64,000 nt of DNA from Cyanobacteria bacterium auto_48_18 (GCA_036170915.1 JAVHQC010000035.1:146971-210970); one strand, 5' to 3'. Positions 28,243 through 37,108 are shown, numbered from the stretch's first letter. Made by a program: numbers and translations. The notes: a model not told the origin generated them from the letters alone.

Positions 28243-28578
28243 TGTTTGACTTGGAGGCTATTTTCTTTTGGGCTGCCAGATGGGGGGTCTATGCATCTAC
28301 ACGGGTTGCCAAGAATCTAGACAAATTTCTCATTTTTATCTGTATAAATCGATGGGGGAACCACGAGGTAAGGAAAAATGACGTTTGTGGAAAGTAGGGA
28401 CGCCAGAGTGGTACTTTGATAAGAACCCTTGGTATTTGGTCTTTGCTCCGTGTAACCGGTGCCAGCGTTTGCCCGAGCACTAATTACAACTTATATATCC
28501 CCTCAGCGTAAGGGTTCTAAACAGGTCCAAGGCCAGAGAACCGGTTGCCAAGAGGCCCTTGAGGATTTGCCCACCAAC

Positions 28579-29406
28579 ATGTACCTGCGAGAAAGCCTCA
28601 ATAACATTCTGGAAAAAGACCCGGCAGCACGCAGTTGGCTTGAAGTTGTGCTTTGCTACCCTGGTTTCCACGCCCTCTTTTTCCATAAAATTGCCCATTC
28701 TTTGTGGCAAGCAGGCCTACGTACACCTGGCCGATTTATCTCCCACCTCGGTCGCGTTTTTACCGGCATCGAAATTCACCCAGGTGCAACCATCGGTAGG
28801 AGAGTTTTCATTGACCATGGAATGGGCGTTGTGATTGGCGAAACCGCCAGGGTGGGTGACGATTGCGTTATTTACCAGGGAGTAACCCTGGGGGCAGGGG
28901 CAGCAGCACGTCAGGGTGCACTCAGCCGCGACACCAAGAGGCACCCAACCTTAGGGCAGGGAGTGATCGTGGGCAGCGGTGCCGAAATTCAAGGGGCGAT
29001 TATCGTTGGTGATAACGTGCGGGTAGCTTCGCGCTCGATTGTGCTCAAAGATGTGCCGGCCAATTCGGTGGTGGTGGGCGTACCTGGTCGAGTGATCTAT
29101 CGCGATGGCCAAAAAGTGCAGCCGGAAAAACCACAAGAAGACGTACCAGACATTGAGGCGCAAGCGATCAAATCTTTGCACGACAAATTGTCTGACCTGG
29201 AGGGCACCGTTAAAGAGCTCAAAAATAAGGTCAAACTGCAAAATCGCCAGTTAGAGCAATTGCAAGAACGGGTGCCCTGTCCTGAATTGAGCGCCGAATC
29301 GAGCGCCAGCCACACGGCCCTGACCTCCCTGGATCCTCGTCCAGTTGGCAGCAGCGGCGACGGTCAAGACCCAGTAGACGTTTTTCTCCAGGGGGCAGGA
29401 ATTTAA
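28579..29406 (+). CDS. cysE: Serine O-acetyltransferase with a coiled-coil C-terminal extension of about 95 aa
   Basis: The N-terminal SATase helix region starts at MYLRESLNNILEKDPAARS. Hexapeptide repeats are GATIGRRVFIDHGMGVVIGETARVGDDCVIYQGVTLG. The ORF track extends to 28459, but the internal ATG at 28579 fits family N-termini. Confidence 0.88.
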   Translation: MYLRESLNNILEKDPAARSWLEVVLCYPGFHALFFHKIAHSLWQAGLRTPGRFISHLGRVFTGIEIHPGATIGRRVFIDHGMGVVIGETARVGDDCVIYQGVTLGAGAAARQGALSRDTKRHPTLGQGVIVGSGAEIQGAIIVGDNVRVASRSIVLKDVPANSVVVGVPGRVIYRDGQKVQPEKPQEDVPDIEAQAIKSLHDKLSDLEGTVKELKNKVKLQNRQLEQLQERVPCPELSAESSASHTALTSLDPRPVGSSGDGQDPVDVFLQGAGI

Positions 29407-29542
29407 TGTTGGTAAGCATTTGACAAATTAGCGGCCGATAACTTGAATAATTGAGTAGCAGCAACGAAACGACCGAATCAGCGGCTAAGATTGCGGGTAG
29501 AATAAATTGGGTCCTCAGATTTGACGGAGAAAGGAAACTCGC

Positions 29543-29767
29543 ATGGCGGTTAGCGAGCTTGAAAAAGCATTCGGCACTCTTACCGAAGCTCTCGACATGA
29601 CTGAATCGGAAATTTCCGAGGAAGTTAAGATCATTGAGCAGCAAATAGAAGAGTTAAAGGCACGAACTATTGAACTCGTGGGCAAACAAGAAACGTTAGC
29701 TCACGACCGAGCATCCATTTCAGAAATGGTCAATCGATATTGTGACACCGAGGGCGGTGCGGGCTAA
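29543..29767 (+). CDS. Small (74 aa) acidic coiled-coil protein, hypothetical
   Basis: Strong SD GGAGAAAGGA upstream of the ATG. Heptad-like segment EEVKIIEQQIEELKARTIELVGKQETL. Confidence 0.5.
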   Translation: MAVSELEKAFGTLTEALDMTESEISEEVKIIEQQIEELKARTIELVGKQETLAHDRASISEMVNRYCDTEGGAG

Positions 29768-29834
29768 TTGCTATTAGGTCGTTCGCCTGTAGATCCAGCA
29801 TTGCCTGGAAGAAGCTAGGAAATATTCATTCACA

Positions 29835-30359
29835 ATGTCAGGTTCCTGTCCCTATTGCGGTGCCAAACTAAATTACGGAATTAAGTTCTGCGTAGTTTGT
29901 GGACGGCCAATTACAGGCCAAGAAAGCGCCGGCAGTAAAATGGGCGGCGGTATGCGTTCTGGTATCAGACCGGCCGACGTAACACGCAGGCTCGATGATC
30001 TGATGACTGTGGCTCGCTTTAGACGTTCGAAGCGCACCACTTCTCTCGACACCAACGTGCGCTGGCTCGGCCTCAACGGAGTTTCAGTGGCACTGGGGGT
30101 AGTGCTGTTTTTCTGTGCCGTAAAGATCAGTCTAGATGGTGGTCTGGTAAAACGCACCGATGCCCACATCTCACCCCTGGCAGGCATATTAACCAAGCTT
30201 GGCATGGACGATCTGGGCAAGAAAAATCCCTTAGACCAATGGTTCAAGCCAGCCAAGCCGGCAAGCAAAACTCCTTCTAAAAATCCGGCTAAAGCCGACT
30301 CGAAGAAGAAAGTAAAGGTCAAAGTGAAGAAAAACAAAGCCGAGCAGCCGCAGCGCTAA
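29835..30359 (+). CDS. Zinc-ribbon domain membrane protein with a Lys-rich tail
   Basis: N-terminal CPYCGAKLNYGIKFCVVCG (CxxC...CxxC), one TM segment (GVSVALGVVLFFCAV) and a basic tail KKKVKVKVKKNK. Confidence 0.65.
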   Translation: MSGSCPYCGAKLNYGIKFCVVCGRPITGQESAGSKMGGGMRSGIRPADVTRRLDDLMTVARFRRSKRTTSLDTNVRWLGLNGVSVALGVVLFFCAVKISLDGGLVKRTDAHISPLAGILTKLGMDDLGKKNPLDQWFKPAKPASKTPSKNPAKADSKKKVKVKVKKNKAEQPQR

Positions 30360-30568
30360 GTTATTAGTCTAACGATGCCATGCTCAAGCAAAAGAGCAAA
30401 CTGCTCTTGAGTCCAGTGTTTTTTAACTTTAGGCGAGTGTTGCAAAGTTGCGCGAATGACTTTGTCACCAGCCCCGGTGACTTCGTAGATATATTCTTTT
30501 TCAAACAATGGCGGAGCTTTGACTGCAATCAGTTGACCCTTAACCAAATTGAATTCGTTTTCGTCCAT
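30356..30568 (-). CDS. Small (70 aa) hypothetical protein co-transcribed with the acyl-CoA dehydrogenase
   Basis: It starts 6 nt after the ACAD stop codon. I recognise no motif. Confidence 0.45.
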   Translation of the reverse strand: MDENEFNLVKGQLIAVKAPPLFEKEYIYEVTGAGDKVIRATLQHSPKVKKHWTQEQFALLLEHGIVRLIT

Positions 30569-30574
30569 GGCAGC

Positions 30575-31741
30575 CTAGACCGATGTCACCAGTTGCCTGC
30601 CCAGATCGACCTTCAGCGAGTCTCCACTGTGCTCATAAAGCTGATATACCTTGGCGTCACGCATCAATTTTTCCACCGGATATTCGCGTGAATATCCATA
30701 TCCACCAAAAATCTGTACGGCATCTGTGGTGACCCGCATAACCATCTCTTGTGCGAAAGCTTTAGCACAAACGGCTTCCGTGGCAGACATAATATTTTGA
30801 TCTGCCAGCTGAGCGGCTTGCCAAACTAGCAACCTGGCCGCTTCAATGTCTTTGGCCATGTCGGCCAACATAAACGAAACAGCCTGGTGCTGAGAAATGG
30901 TCACACCAAATGTAGTTCTCTCTTTGGCATACTTAAGAGCATGAGCCAGGGCACTGCGGGCAACACCAACCATGCCAGCGGCAATAATCGGATATGTACG
31001 CACCATTGCCCGACGATAAAGGCTCTCTCCTTGTCCTTCACCACCGAGGAGCGCCGATTGGTCAAGATAGATTTCGTCCATTCTCGTGGCGCAAATCACC
31101 TGAGCCTTACGACCGAGGCCGTGTACGCGCTCACCAAAATCTAAATCGTCATCGGCACTAACTAAAAAATAACTGAAGCTAGAATTATGGACTTTCGCTA
31201 CTGGCGGCTCATTTTCATTGACATCAGCTTCACGCCGGTCTTCGCTGGCTGCCACCAGGTACCAATTACCGATGCCGCCATTAACGAGAGCTGCGTGTTT
31301 GCCGCTGAGAATATAGCGATTGCCCTCTTTACGATAAAAAATGCGACCATTTTTTAGACCACCAGACATTGTAAAACCGGCTAATAGCGGCGCATTCATT
31401 AATGGGGTGAGAAATTTCTCTTTCTGCTCGTCTGTGCCGAAATCAATCACAAATTGTTGAGCCACTGTTGATGCCTCTACACCACCAGCAATACCGCTGC
31501 ATCCAGCTGCCAGTTCTTCGGCAATGACACAACCATCAAGACATCCGAGACCCAGACCGTTGTATTTTTCCGGCACTGCAGCGTTAACCAGCCCGGTCTC
31601 GAAAAGCTTTTCAAAAATGACCTGAGGAAACTCACCACTCTGGTCATATTTATGAGCGGTGCCGGCAATCTCACGGGTGGCAAACTCGCGCGCCAGTTTC
31701 TGGTATTCGAGCTGGTCTTCGCTTAGCTTATGGGTGAGCAT
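30575..31741 (-). CDS. Acyl-CoA dehydrogenase family protein
   Basis: ACAD N, middle and C regions are visible, with C-terminal YPVEKLMRDAKVYQLYE holding the catalytic Glu context. A charged insert (DRREADVNENEPPVAK) is present. Confidence 0.88.
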   Translation of the reverse strand: MLTHKLSEDQLEYQKLAREFATREIAGTAHKYDQSGEFPQVIFEKLFETGLVNAAVPEKYNGLGLGCLDGCVIAEELAAGCSGIAGGVEASTVAQQFVIDFGTDEQKEKFLTPLMNAPLLAGFTMSGGLKNGRIFYRKEGNRYILSGKHAALVNGGIGNWYLVAASEDRREADVNENEPPVAKVHNSSFSYFLVSADDDLDFGERVHGLGRKAQVICATRMDEIYLDQSALLGGEGQGESLYRRAMVRTYPIIAAGMVGVARSALAHALKYAKERTTFGVTISQHQAVSFMLADMAKDIEAARLLVWQAAQLADQNIMSATEAVCAKAFAQEMVMRVTTDAVQIFGGYGYSREYPVEKLMRDAKVYQLYEHSGDSLKVDLGRQLVTSV

Positions 31742-31748
31742 GATTTTT

Positions 31749-31793
31749 CCTGATTACCTGATTCTATTTGTAGATGTTGTAGATATTGTAGGG
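31749..31793 (-). promoter_or_regulatory. Two adjacent tandem-repeat sets in the ACAD 5' leader/promoter: cctgatt(a/c) x2 (8-nt) and ttgtag(at/gg) x3 (9-nt period)
   Basis: Read directly: 31749-31764 and 31768-31793, which is 8-52 nt upstream of the ACAD start codon (31741). Confidence 0.4.
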
Positions 31794-31999
31794 CCTGGCC
31801 AATTAGCGTCTTATTATGGAGTTAAAACAATTATTCTTGACAATTATTGCACCCTGCAAAAACGTGGCCGGCTGCGGCTTGTGGAGAAGGCCTAAAATAT
31901 TATTCATCAATACAGGGCTAAAGCGTGCCTTCAGTGCTTGACCCGCGGGCTCTGGCAGGGCATCATTACACTGTCAAGAAGATCTGATTCGATTATCAA

Positions 32000-32692
32000 A
32001 TGAACGTGCTCGTCGCTCCATCAATTTTGTCAGCCGACTTCTCCCGCCTGGGTGAAGAAGTTAAACGCGCTGAGGACGGCGGCGCCGATTGGATTCACGT
32101 TGACGTCATGGATGGCCACTTCGTCCCCAATTTGACTATTGGCGCTCCGGTGGTCAAATGTCTTAAGGGTGTAACAAGTTTGCCCCTTGATGTGCACTTA
32201 ATGATCACCGACCCTGATCGCTACCTGTCTGATTTTGCTGACGCTGGTGCCGATTACATCACAGTGCATCAAGAAGCTTGCAATCACCTGCAAAGAACTC
32301 TGTCTCATATTCGCAGCCTGGGAAAAAAAGCGGGAGTAGCTCTTAACCCGGCCACAGCTGAAGACAGCCTAAAATACGTTTTGCAAGATCTAGACCTGGT
32401 GTTGATTATGTCGGTTAATCCTGGTTTTGGCGGACAAAAATTTATTGCCGAAGTGCTGCCTAAAATAGCCAATTTGAGAAAAATGTTTGACCAGGCAGGC
32501 AGACCTGATGTTGTCATTTCAGTAGATGGTGGTATCAACGCTGATACCGCTAAACAAGTCGTCGCTCATGGAGCAAACGCGGTAGTAGCTGGTAATTTTG
32601 TTTATGGTGCACCCGATTTAACCAAGGCCATCAAAGATTTGAAAGCAGCGGGAAGCAATGTCCCGGCTAAAGAAAAAGCAATTTTAAAGTAG
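32000..32692 (+). CDS. rpe: Ribulose-phosphate 3-epimerase
   Basis: PSILSADF and HVDVMDGHFVPNLT motifs. 230 aa. Confidence 0.93.
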   Translation: MNVLVAPSILSADFSRLGEEVKRAEDGGADWIHVDVMDGHFVPNLTIGAPVVKCLKGVTSLPLDVHLMITDPDRYLSDFADAGADYITVHQEACNHLQRTLSHIRSLGKKAGVALNPATAEDSLKYVLQDLDLVLIMSVNPGFGGQKFIAEVLPKIANLRKMFDQAGRPDVVISVDGGINADTAKQVVAHGANAVVAGNFVYGAPDLTKAIKDLKAAGSNVPAKEKAILK

Positions 32693-32705
32693 TAAGGAGA
32701 GAACA

Positions 32706-33296
32706 ATGACCGAGTCGTTGAAAATGACCAGGCTAATTTGCAGAGGGCTAACATTTGCTCTGGTATCATCCTTGATATCAATGCAATTGCTGACAAGTCC
32801 GGCTGCCATAGCCAGTTACGATGACATCGTCGTAGATACTTCTGAGATCGGACGTTCTCACCATGGTGTTGTAAGCTCCGATCAATTCCTTGAACTGGGA
32901 GTGCCTTCAGCAAATGGATTGCGCATTGAAGGCGAACAGGCCATGCGTTTGGGAAAATTAGACCGCGCCATTATGGTACTGCAGCGCTCGATTGAGCTAG
33001 CACCGATGGACATGGACGGACGCATTCTCTATGCAGAGGCACTGGAGAAAAAGCTGATACGCTCTAAGCCTCGTGACCCGGCTCTCTATAATTACGTGGT
33101 CAAGCAATGGCTATTTGTGGCCAAGAGCGCTGAGTTTGCAGATCAAGGCATGCAGGGCTTTAACCACTTAATGAAAGTTTGCGGCACAGTACCGAAGAAA
33201 TGGGAAAAAGAGAAAAAATTCCTTTCCCGTGTACTTATTCCTGAAGATGGTTCTGCACCAGTACAACTGGGTCGTCGCAACGTTACAGCTCTTTAG
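32706..33296 (+). CDS. Hypothetical secreted protein, possibly TPR-like helical
   Basis: SD AAGGAGAG upstream. Signal-like N-terminus (LTFALVSSLISMQLLTSPAAIA). Helical repeat-like segment LGKLDRAIMVLQRSIELAP. Confidence 0.6.
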   Translation: MTESLKMTRLICRGLTFALVSSLISMQLLTSPAAIASYDDIVVDTSEIGRSHHGVVSSDQFLELGVPSANGLRIEGEQAMRLGKLDRAIMVLQRSIELAPMDMDGRILYAEALEKKLIRSKPRDPALYNYVVKQWLFVAKSAEFADQGMQGFNHLMKVCGTVPKKWEKEKKFLSRVLIPEDGSAPVQLGRRNVTAL

Positions 33297-33714
33297 TCTG
33301 CTTTTGAGATTTTATGCTTGATTGTCCAAGTTTGATCAAATCGATCAAGCATGCAACTGCACCCCAGATAACTGCTATCAGGCTTATGCTAAGCCAGGCC
33401 CAGGGGGAGTGCATGCTAACTAAATGATCCTTCATCGCCAGAACCTGACCGACAAATTTGTCGCTTTCCAGATTGATCAATATCAATAGAAAAAAACCAA
33501 TCAAACCGTTGAATATGCCAAACAGCAAGGTCAGCCAAGACAGCCGCCAGAGCATCAATAATGGGAAAAAGCCAAGCAATAAAAGTGTGTCAGGCAGCCA
33601 TATATCTTTACTGCCACCTGGTATTTGAAAGGCGAGAACAAGGCTTAAAACCCAGAGCAATGTCGACAAGATAGTTGCGACCCAACCGGCTCTTGATCGC
33701 TCTTTCAGTTTCAT
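33283..33714 (-). CDS. Small 4-TM membrane protein (143 aa from the Met at 33714)
   Basis: The ATG at 33714-33712 lies 1 nt after the TGA stop (33718-33716) of the Toprim gene. Four hydrophobic helices are visible. The ORF track offers a longer version (to 33786) that would overlap the upstream gene. Confidence 0.55.
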   Translation of the reverse strand: MKLKERSRAGWVATILSTLLWVLSLVLAFQIPGGSKDIWLPDTLLLLGFFPLLMLWRLSWLTLLFGIFNGLIGFFLLILINLESDKFVGQVLAMKDHLVSMHSPWAWLSISLIAVIWGAVACLIDLIKLGQSSIKSQKQTKEL

Positions 33715-33715
33715 T

Positions 33716-34930
33716 TCATTCACCCGAAAGAGTAAGGCGCACAGCGTCAATAACTTTAGCCATTTCTTGAGGAACATCTGCAGCACTGGAACATGATTGC
33801 ACTACTTGATGAGCAAAAGCAATTTTGTCAAAATCACCCAGCCCGCGATCTCTAAAAATTTTGTTCAAAGCTGCTTTGCGACGCCCAATATCAGGAATAT
33901 CAAACTCAGAGCTGGCCAGCGTTTGGCCAAACTTGCTCAGTTGTTCGGATAAAAGAAAATAGAGTTGGTCCGGAGGATAACTATCCTCCAGCTCTATCAC
34001 CGCCAGTGATACCAGCCGGTCACCGTTACGCAACGAATCATCAATTAACTCAGCGGCATCGGCAGCATCGCCGTCGAGCACGCAAACAACCGGCAAGCGT
34101 ACAGTGTCTTTGATGGTCAGATAGCGCCGCGCCACTTGCTTCGCACCGCCACTGGCAATCACTTCCACGCCATTTAAACTAAAGGGTAAGCCCTGCAAAC
34201 CAGCAAAGTGCGGTAGTACAATAGCCTCGGTCTGACCTTCCACCAGCAGCAAAAGATTTGGCCTGAGTTTACCGGCCAATTGACTAGCGCATTGCCAAAC
34301 CAAGTTGGACAGCGCCTCTACATCTAAGTTTTGAATCGGTCCGTTTTTTGAAATTTGTGCTTTTAGTTCAACAAAAATGTCCTGCACTAAAAGTACACGC
34401 TCCAGGTCTTCTGCTTTCTCGCGAGCGTTTAAAGTTGAAAGCTCGTTGAATTGCCAGTCTACCGATGCTAGAAGGCAGATGGTAAGCCAGGCTTTAGCAG
34501 CTGCAGAATTTGAGTCGGTCAGATTGTTTATTAAAGCCTGCATTTTCTCACTTAGCTGAGGCTTGGCTTTTTCTGCCAAAGTGATTTGCCGCTGATGCCA
34601 CTGCTGATACCAGCTATTTAAGGCAGTCTCGCTAAAAACTCGCAGGTCATCGAGGCCAATTGCCAGACTGAGCACTTCTGAGAGACTCGGTTCTTCGTGC
34701 ACATGAGGTCCGAAAATTTGTCCGAAAGTTTGTGCCAGAACAAAATAATCGTTCTCTAAAACTCGCAATAGTGGCTTAGCTTCTAAATTTTTCCCTAGAT
34801 ACTTCACCACTGTTTTGCGCATACGGGCAAAGCGGCTCGCCGGTTCTTCAAAAGCAAGCTGACGCAGCGCGGCAACGAACAATTCACTCACATCCGGCGT
34901 ACGAAAAACTAATTGCGGCGAGCGCGACAA
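33716..34930 (-). CDS. OLD-family-type Toprim domain protein with an unknown helical N-terminal domain and no ATPase domain
   Basis: The C-terminal third has the Toprim signature LLLLVEGQTEAIVLP ... VIASGGAKQV ... VVCVLDGDAADAAE (conserved Glu plus DxD). I did not recognise the N-terminal 230 aa. Confidence 0.6.
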   Translation of the reverse strand: MSRSPQLVFRTPDVSELFVAALRQLAFEEPASRFARMRKTVVKYLGKNLEAKPLLRVLENDYFVLAQTFGQIFGPHVHEEPSLSEVLSLAIGLDDLRVFSETALNSWYQQWHQRQITLAEKAKPQLSEKMQALINNLTDSNSAAAKAWLTICLLASVDWQFNELSTLNAREKAEDLERVLLVQDIFVELKAQISKNGPIQNLDVEALSNLVWQCASQLAGKLRPNLLLLVEGQTEAIVLPHFAGLQGLPFSLNGVEVIASGGAKQVARRYLTIKDTVRLPVVCVLDGDAADAAELIDDSLRNGDRLVSLAVIELEDSYPPDQLYFLLSEQLSKFGQTLASSEFDIPDIGRRKAALNKIFRDRGLGDFDKIAFAHQVVQSCSSAADVPQEMAKVIDAVRLTLSGE

Positions 34931-35037
34931 ACTTCGTAACTACCCCTTGGCTAAACCATACTGAGCATATAGTCTAGTAAGTTCGCTCAATGCAAGCAAG
35001 CAACAGGTTGTTTTTGGGCCATCCCAAGGTCAAGCCT

Positions 35038-36450
35038 ATGTCTTCCACCGAAAGCGAGCATGAGCTCAACGACGCTCACAGCTTAGACGATCGGCTCGTC
35101 AGCGGGTCTACCTGGGCTGCCATATGGCACATGAGCTGGCCGATGCTGATTCAAATGCTCGTCATCGCTCTGGCCAGCTTTGTCGACATCAAAGTGGCTG
35201 GAGAATTAGGCTCAGAGACCCAGGCAGCTTTAGGCATCTGCAATCAGATCTGGTTTTTGATGTTGCTTTTAACAGTGGCATTATCATCGGGCACCATGGC
35301 GCTAATCAGCCGCTTCTGGGGAGCACGAGATTATAAACAAGCTGTGGAAGCAGGCAGACAGTCACTAATTTTCTGCATACTTTTCGGCATTGGTTCAACC
35401 CTTGCCGGTTTTGCAGCAGCCAAACCACTTTTGGCCATGGCCGGCGCCAATGCCAATGTGCAATCACTGGGATGGCAATATCTTTCTATCGATCTGCTTT
35501 CGCAGTTGCCTTTCACCATTGTCTGGACAGCGCATTCAATGTTTCGCGCCATGGGCAATTCGCGCGTGCCGCTGGTTAACTGGTTATTCATGACTGTGGT
35601 AATCATCAGTCTGGATTATTTTCTTTGTTTAGGCCCGCTTCAGTTGGGTGTGGCCGGCATCGGCTGGGCCTGGCTGGTAGGCGGAGTGATTGGCATGAGC
35701 CTCAATATTTATTTGTTGTCCCGGTCTGAACTGGCAGCTTCGCTCAATTTGTGGCCGGCTATCAAAGCGGGTCTTACACCAGAAACAAAAGAATGGGTCT
35801 GGCGCATTCTCAGAATCGGCATTCCCACCTGCATTCAAGATTTAGCCTGGGTGCTCGGTAATTTCGCTCTCTTCCTCATTTTTGCTATGACCAAAAACCC
35901 CACTGCCTGTCAGGCTTCGTGGACAATCGGCTTTAGAGTGGAAGAAATGATTTGCACGTTGCCCTTGCATGCTCTGGCAACCTCAATCGGCACAATCGTA
36001 GGCCAAAATTTGGGCGCAGGAAAACCAGACAGGGCCGAACAAACAGGCTGGCAGGCCATGAAAATCGGTCTGGCAATTTGCATTCCCATGGCGCTAATTA
36101 TGTTTTTGTTTGCCACGCCGCTGGCTGCCACCATGAGCAAAGACGCCAGCGTAATTGTCTACACCGCCGACTATTTTCGCATCATTGGATGCTGTGAGCC
36201 CCTGGTAGCATGCTGGATCATTCTATTTGGCGCCATGGCCGGAGCAGGGTATACAAAATGGCCCATGTGGATTGGCATAATCTGCCTCACAGTGGTGCGC
36301 CTGCCGCTGGCATACTATCTGGCTACCGTACACGGCCTGAACATGGGCCCTTCAGGCATCTGGCTCAGCCTGGCCATATCTGCCGCGGTAATTGGTTTGC
36401 TGGCTGTCTGGCGCTTCAAAAGTGGCGTTTGGAAAAATCAGCAGGTTTAG
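35038..36450 (+). CDS. MATE family efflux transporter
   Basis: 12-TM pattern with a MATE-like N-terminus (WAAIWHMSWPMLIQMLV). The start is chosen at the second ATG (35038, AAGG upstream). The ORF track start at 34990 would leave only 59 nt of divergent intergenic space. Confidence 0.85.
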   Translation: MSSTESEHELNDAHSLDDRLVSGSTWAAIWHMSWPMLIQMLVIALASFVDIKVAGELGSETQAALGICNQIWFLMLLLTVALSSGTMALISRFWGARDYKQAVEAGRQSLIFCILFGIGSTLAGFAAAKPLLAMAGANANVQSLGWQYLSIDLLSQLPFTIVWTAHSMFRAMGNSRVPLVNWLFMTVVIISLDYFLCLGPLQLGVAGIGWAWLVGGVIGMSLNIYLLSRSELAASLNLWPAIKAGLTPETKEWVWRILRIGIPTCIQDLAWVLGNFALFLIFAMTKNPTACQASWTIGFRVEEMICTLPLHALATSIGTIVGQNLGAGKPDRAEQTGWQAMKIGLAICIPMALIMFLFATPLAATMSKDASVIVYTADYFRIIGCCEPLVACWIILFGAMAGAGYTKWPMWIGIICLTVVRLPLAYYLATVHGLNMGPSGIWLSLAISAAVIGLLAVWRFKSGVWKNQQV

Positions 36451-36511
36451 AATTGAACTTTTTACCTCGCGGCAACGTATACAAAAACGTGGCCTATTGT
36501 GGGGTGAAAAA

Positions 36512-37108
36512 ATGAGCGGCGTCAGATTACAAATCAAAGAGAAATATGCAGCAGTCAACAATAAGAAGACTAGCAAGCCACAAGCTTCGACCAGTAGCCT
36601 TACGAGCCTGCTTAACTATCAGATTCCCAGGCTGAAACTTTATGTGGTGGAAGAGGGAGTTAGCCTGAAGCGACCCTATCCCAAAATCAAATCTGCTGAA
36701 GACGCCGCACTGCTTTTGAGCCCGCTACATTTTGCCTCAGAAGAACATTTTGTCAGTTTGCACTTAAACACTAAATTTGAAGTTATTGGTTTGCACGAAG
36801 TTTCGCACGGCACTTTGTCGGCTTCTCTGGTACATCCACGTGAAGTATTCAAAGCAGCGCTGGTTGCCAATAGCTACGCTATTCTTGTTTGCCACAACCA
36901 TCCATCTGGAGCCAAACTGGCACCTTCAAAAGAAGATTTTGAAACCACGAAGCAACTGCTGGCGGCTGGTAAGGTACTGGGTGTCACCGTGCTCGATCAT
37001 CTAATTTTGGGCTTGCGAGCAAACATTAATGACCATCATCAAGCCGATTCTGAGAGTTCCGAAATATTTAGTTTCAGAGAAAATCACCCTCAATTGTGGG
37101 ACTGTTAG
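36512..37108 (+). CDS. radC: RadC-like JAB-domain protein
   Basis: JAMM motif context ILVCHNHPSGAKLAPSKEDFETT. The start at ATG 36512 (GGGGTGA upstream) avoids an overlap with the MATE gene. Confidence 0.8.
   Translation: MSGVRLQIKEKYAAVNNKKTSKPQASTSSLTSLLNYQIPRLKLYVVEEGVSLKRPYPKIKSAEDAALLLSPLHFASEEHFVSLHLNTKFEVIGLHEVSHGTLSASLVHPREVFKAALVANSYAILVCHNHPSGAKLAPSKEDFETTKQLLAAGKVLGVTVLDHLILGLRANINDHHQADSESSEIFSFRENHPQLWDC

Noticed and set aside
28405-28414. T-box-like string agaGTGGTAC plus a nearby AGTA in the cysE leader
   Set aside because: Only a 7-nt match to the T-box core (GGUGGUACCGCG). There is no following ACCGCG, no convincing antiterminator/terminator pair or U-tract, and no identifiable specifier loop. 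The evidence is insufficient without a covariance-model scan.
28520-28560. SRP-RNA-like string caggtccaaggccag
   Set aside because: It resembles only a few nucleotides of the 4.5S conserved loop, and I could not pair flanking helices. It lies in the probable cysE leader.
36512-37108. RadC-like JAB gene as a marker of a mobile element or anti-restriction island
   Set aside because: No integrase, transposase, conjugation or phage genes, tRNA or flanking direct repeats are nearby. The neighbours are a MATE transporter and ispG, so it is a chromosomal radC-like gene.
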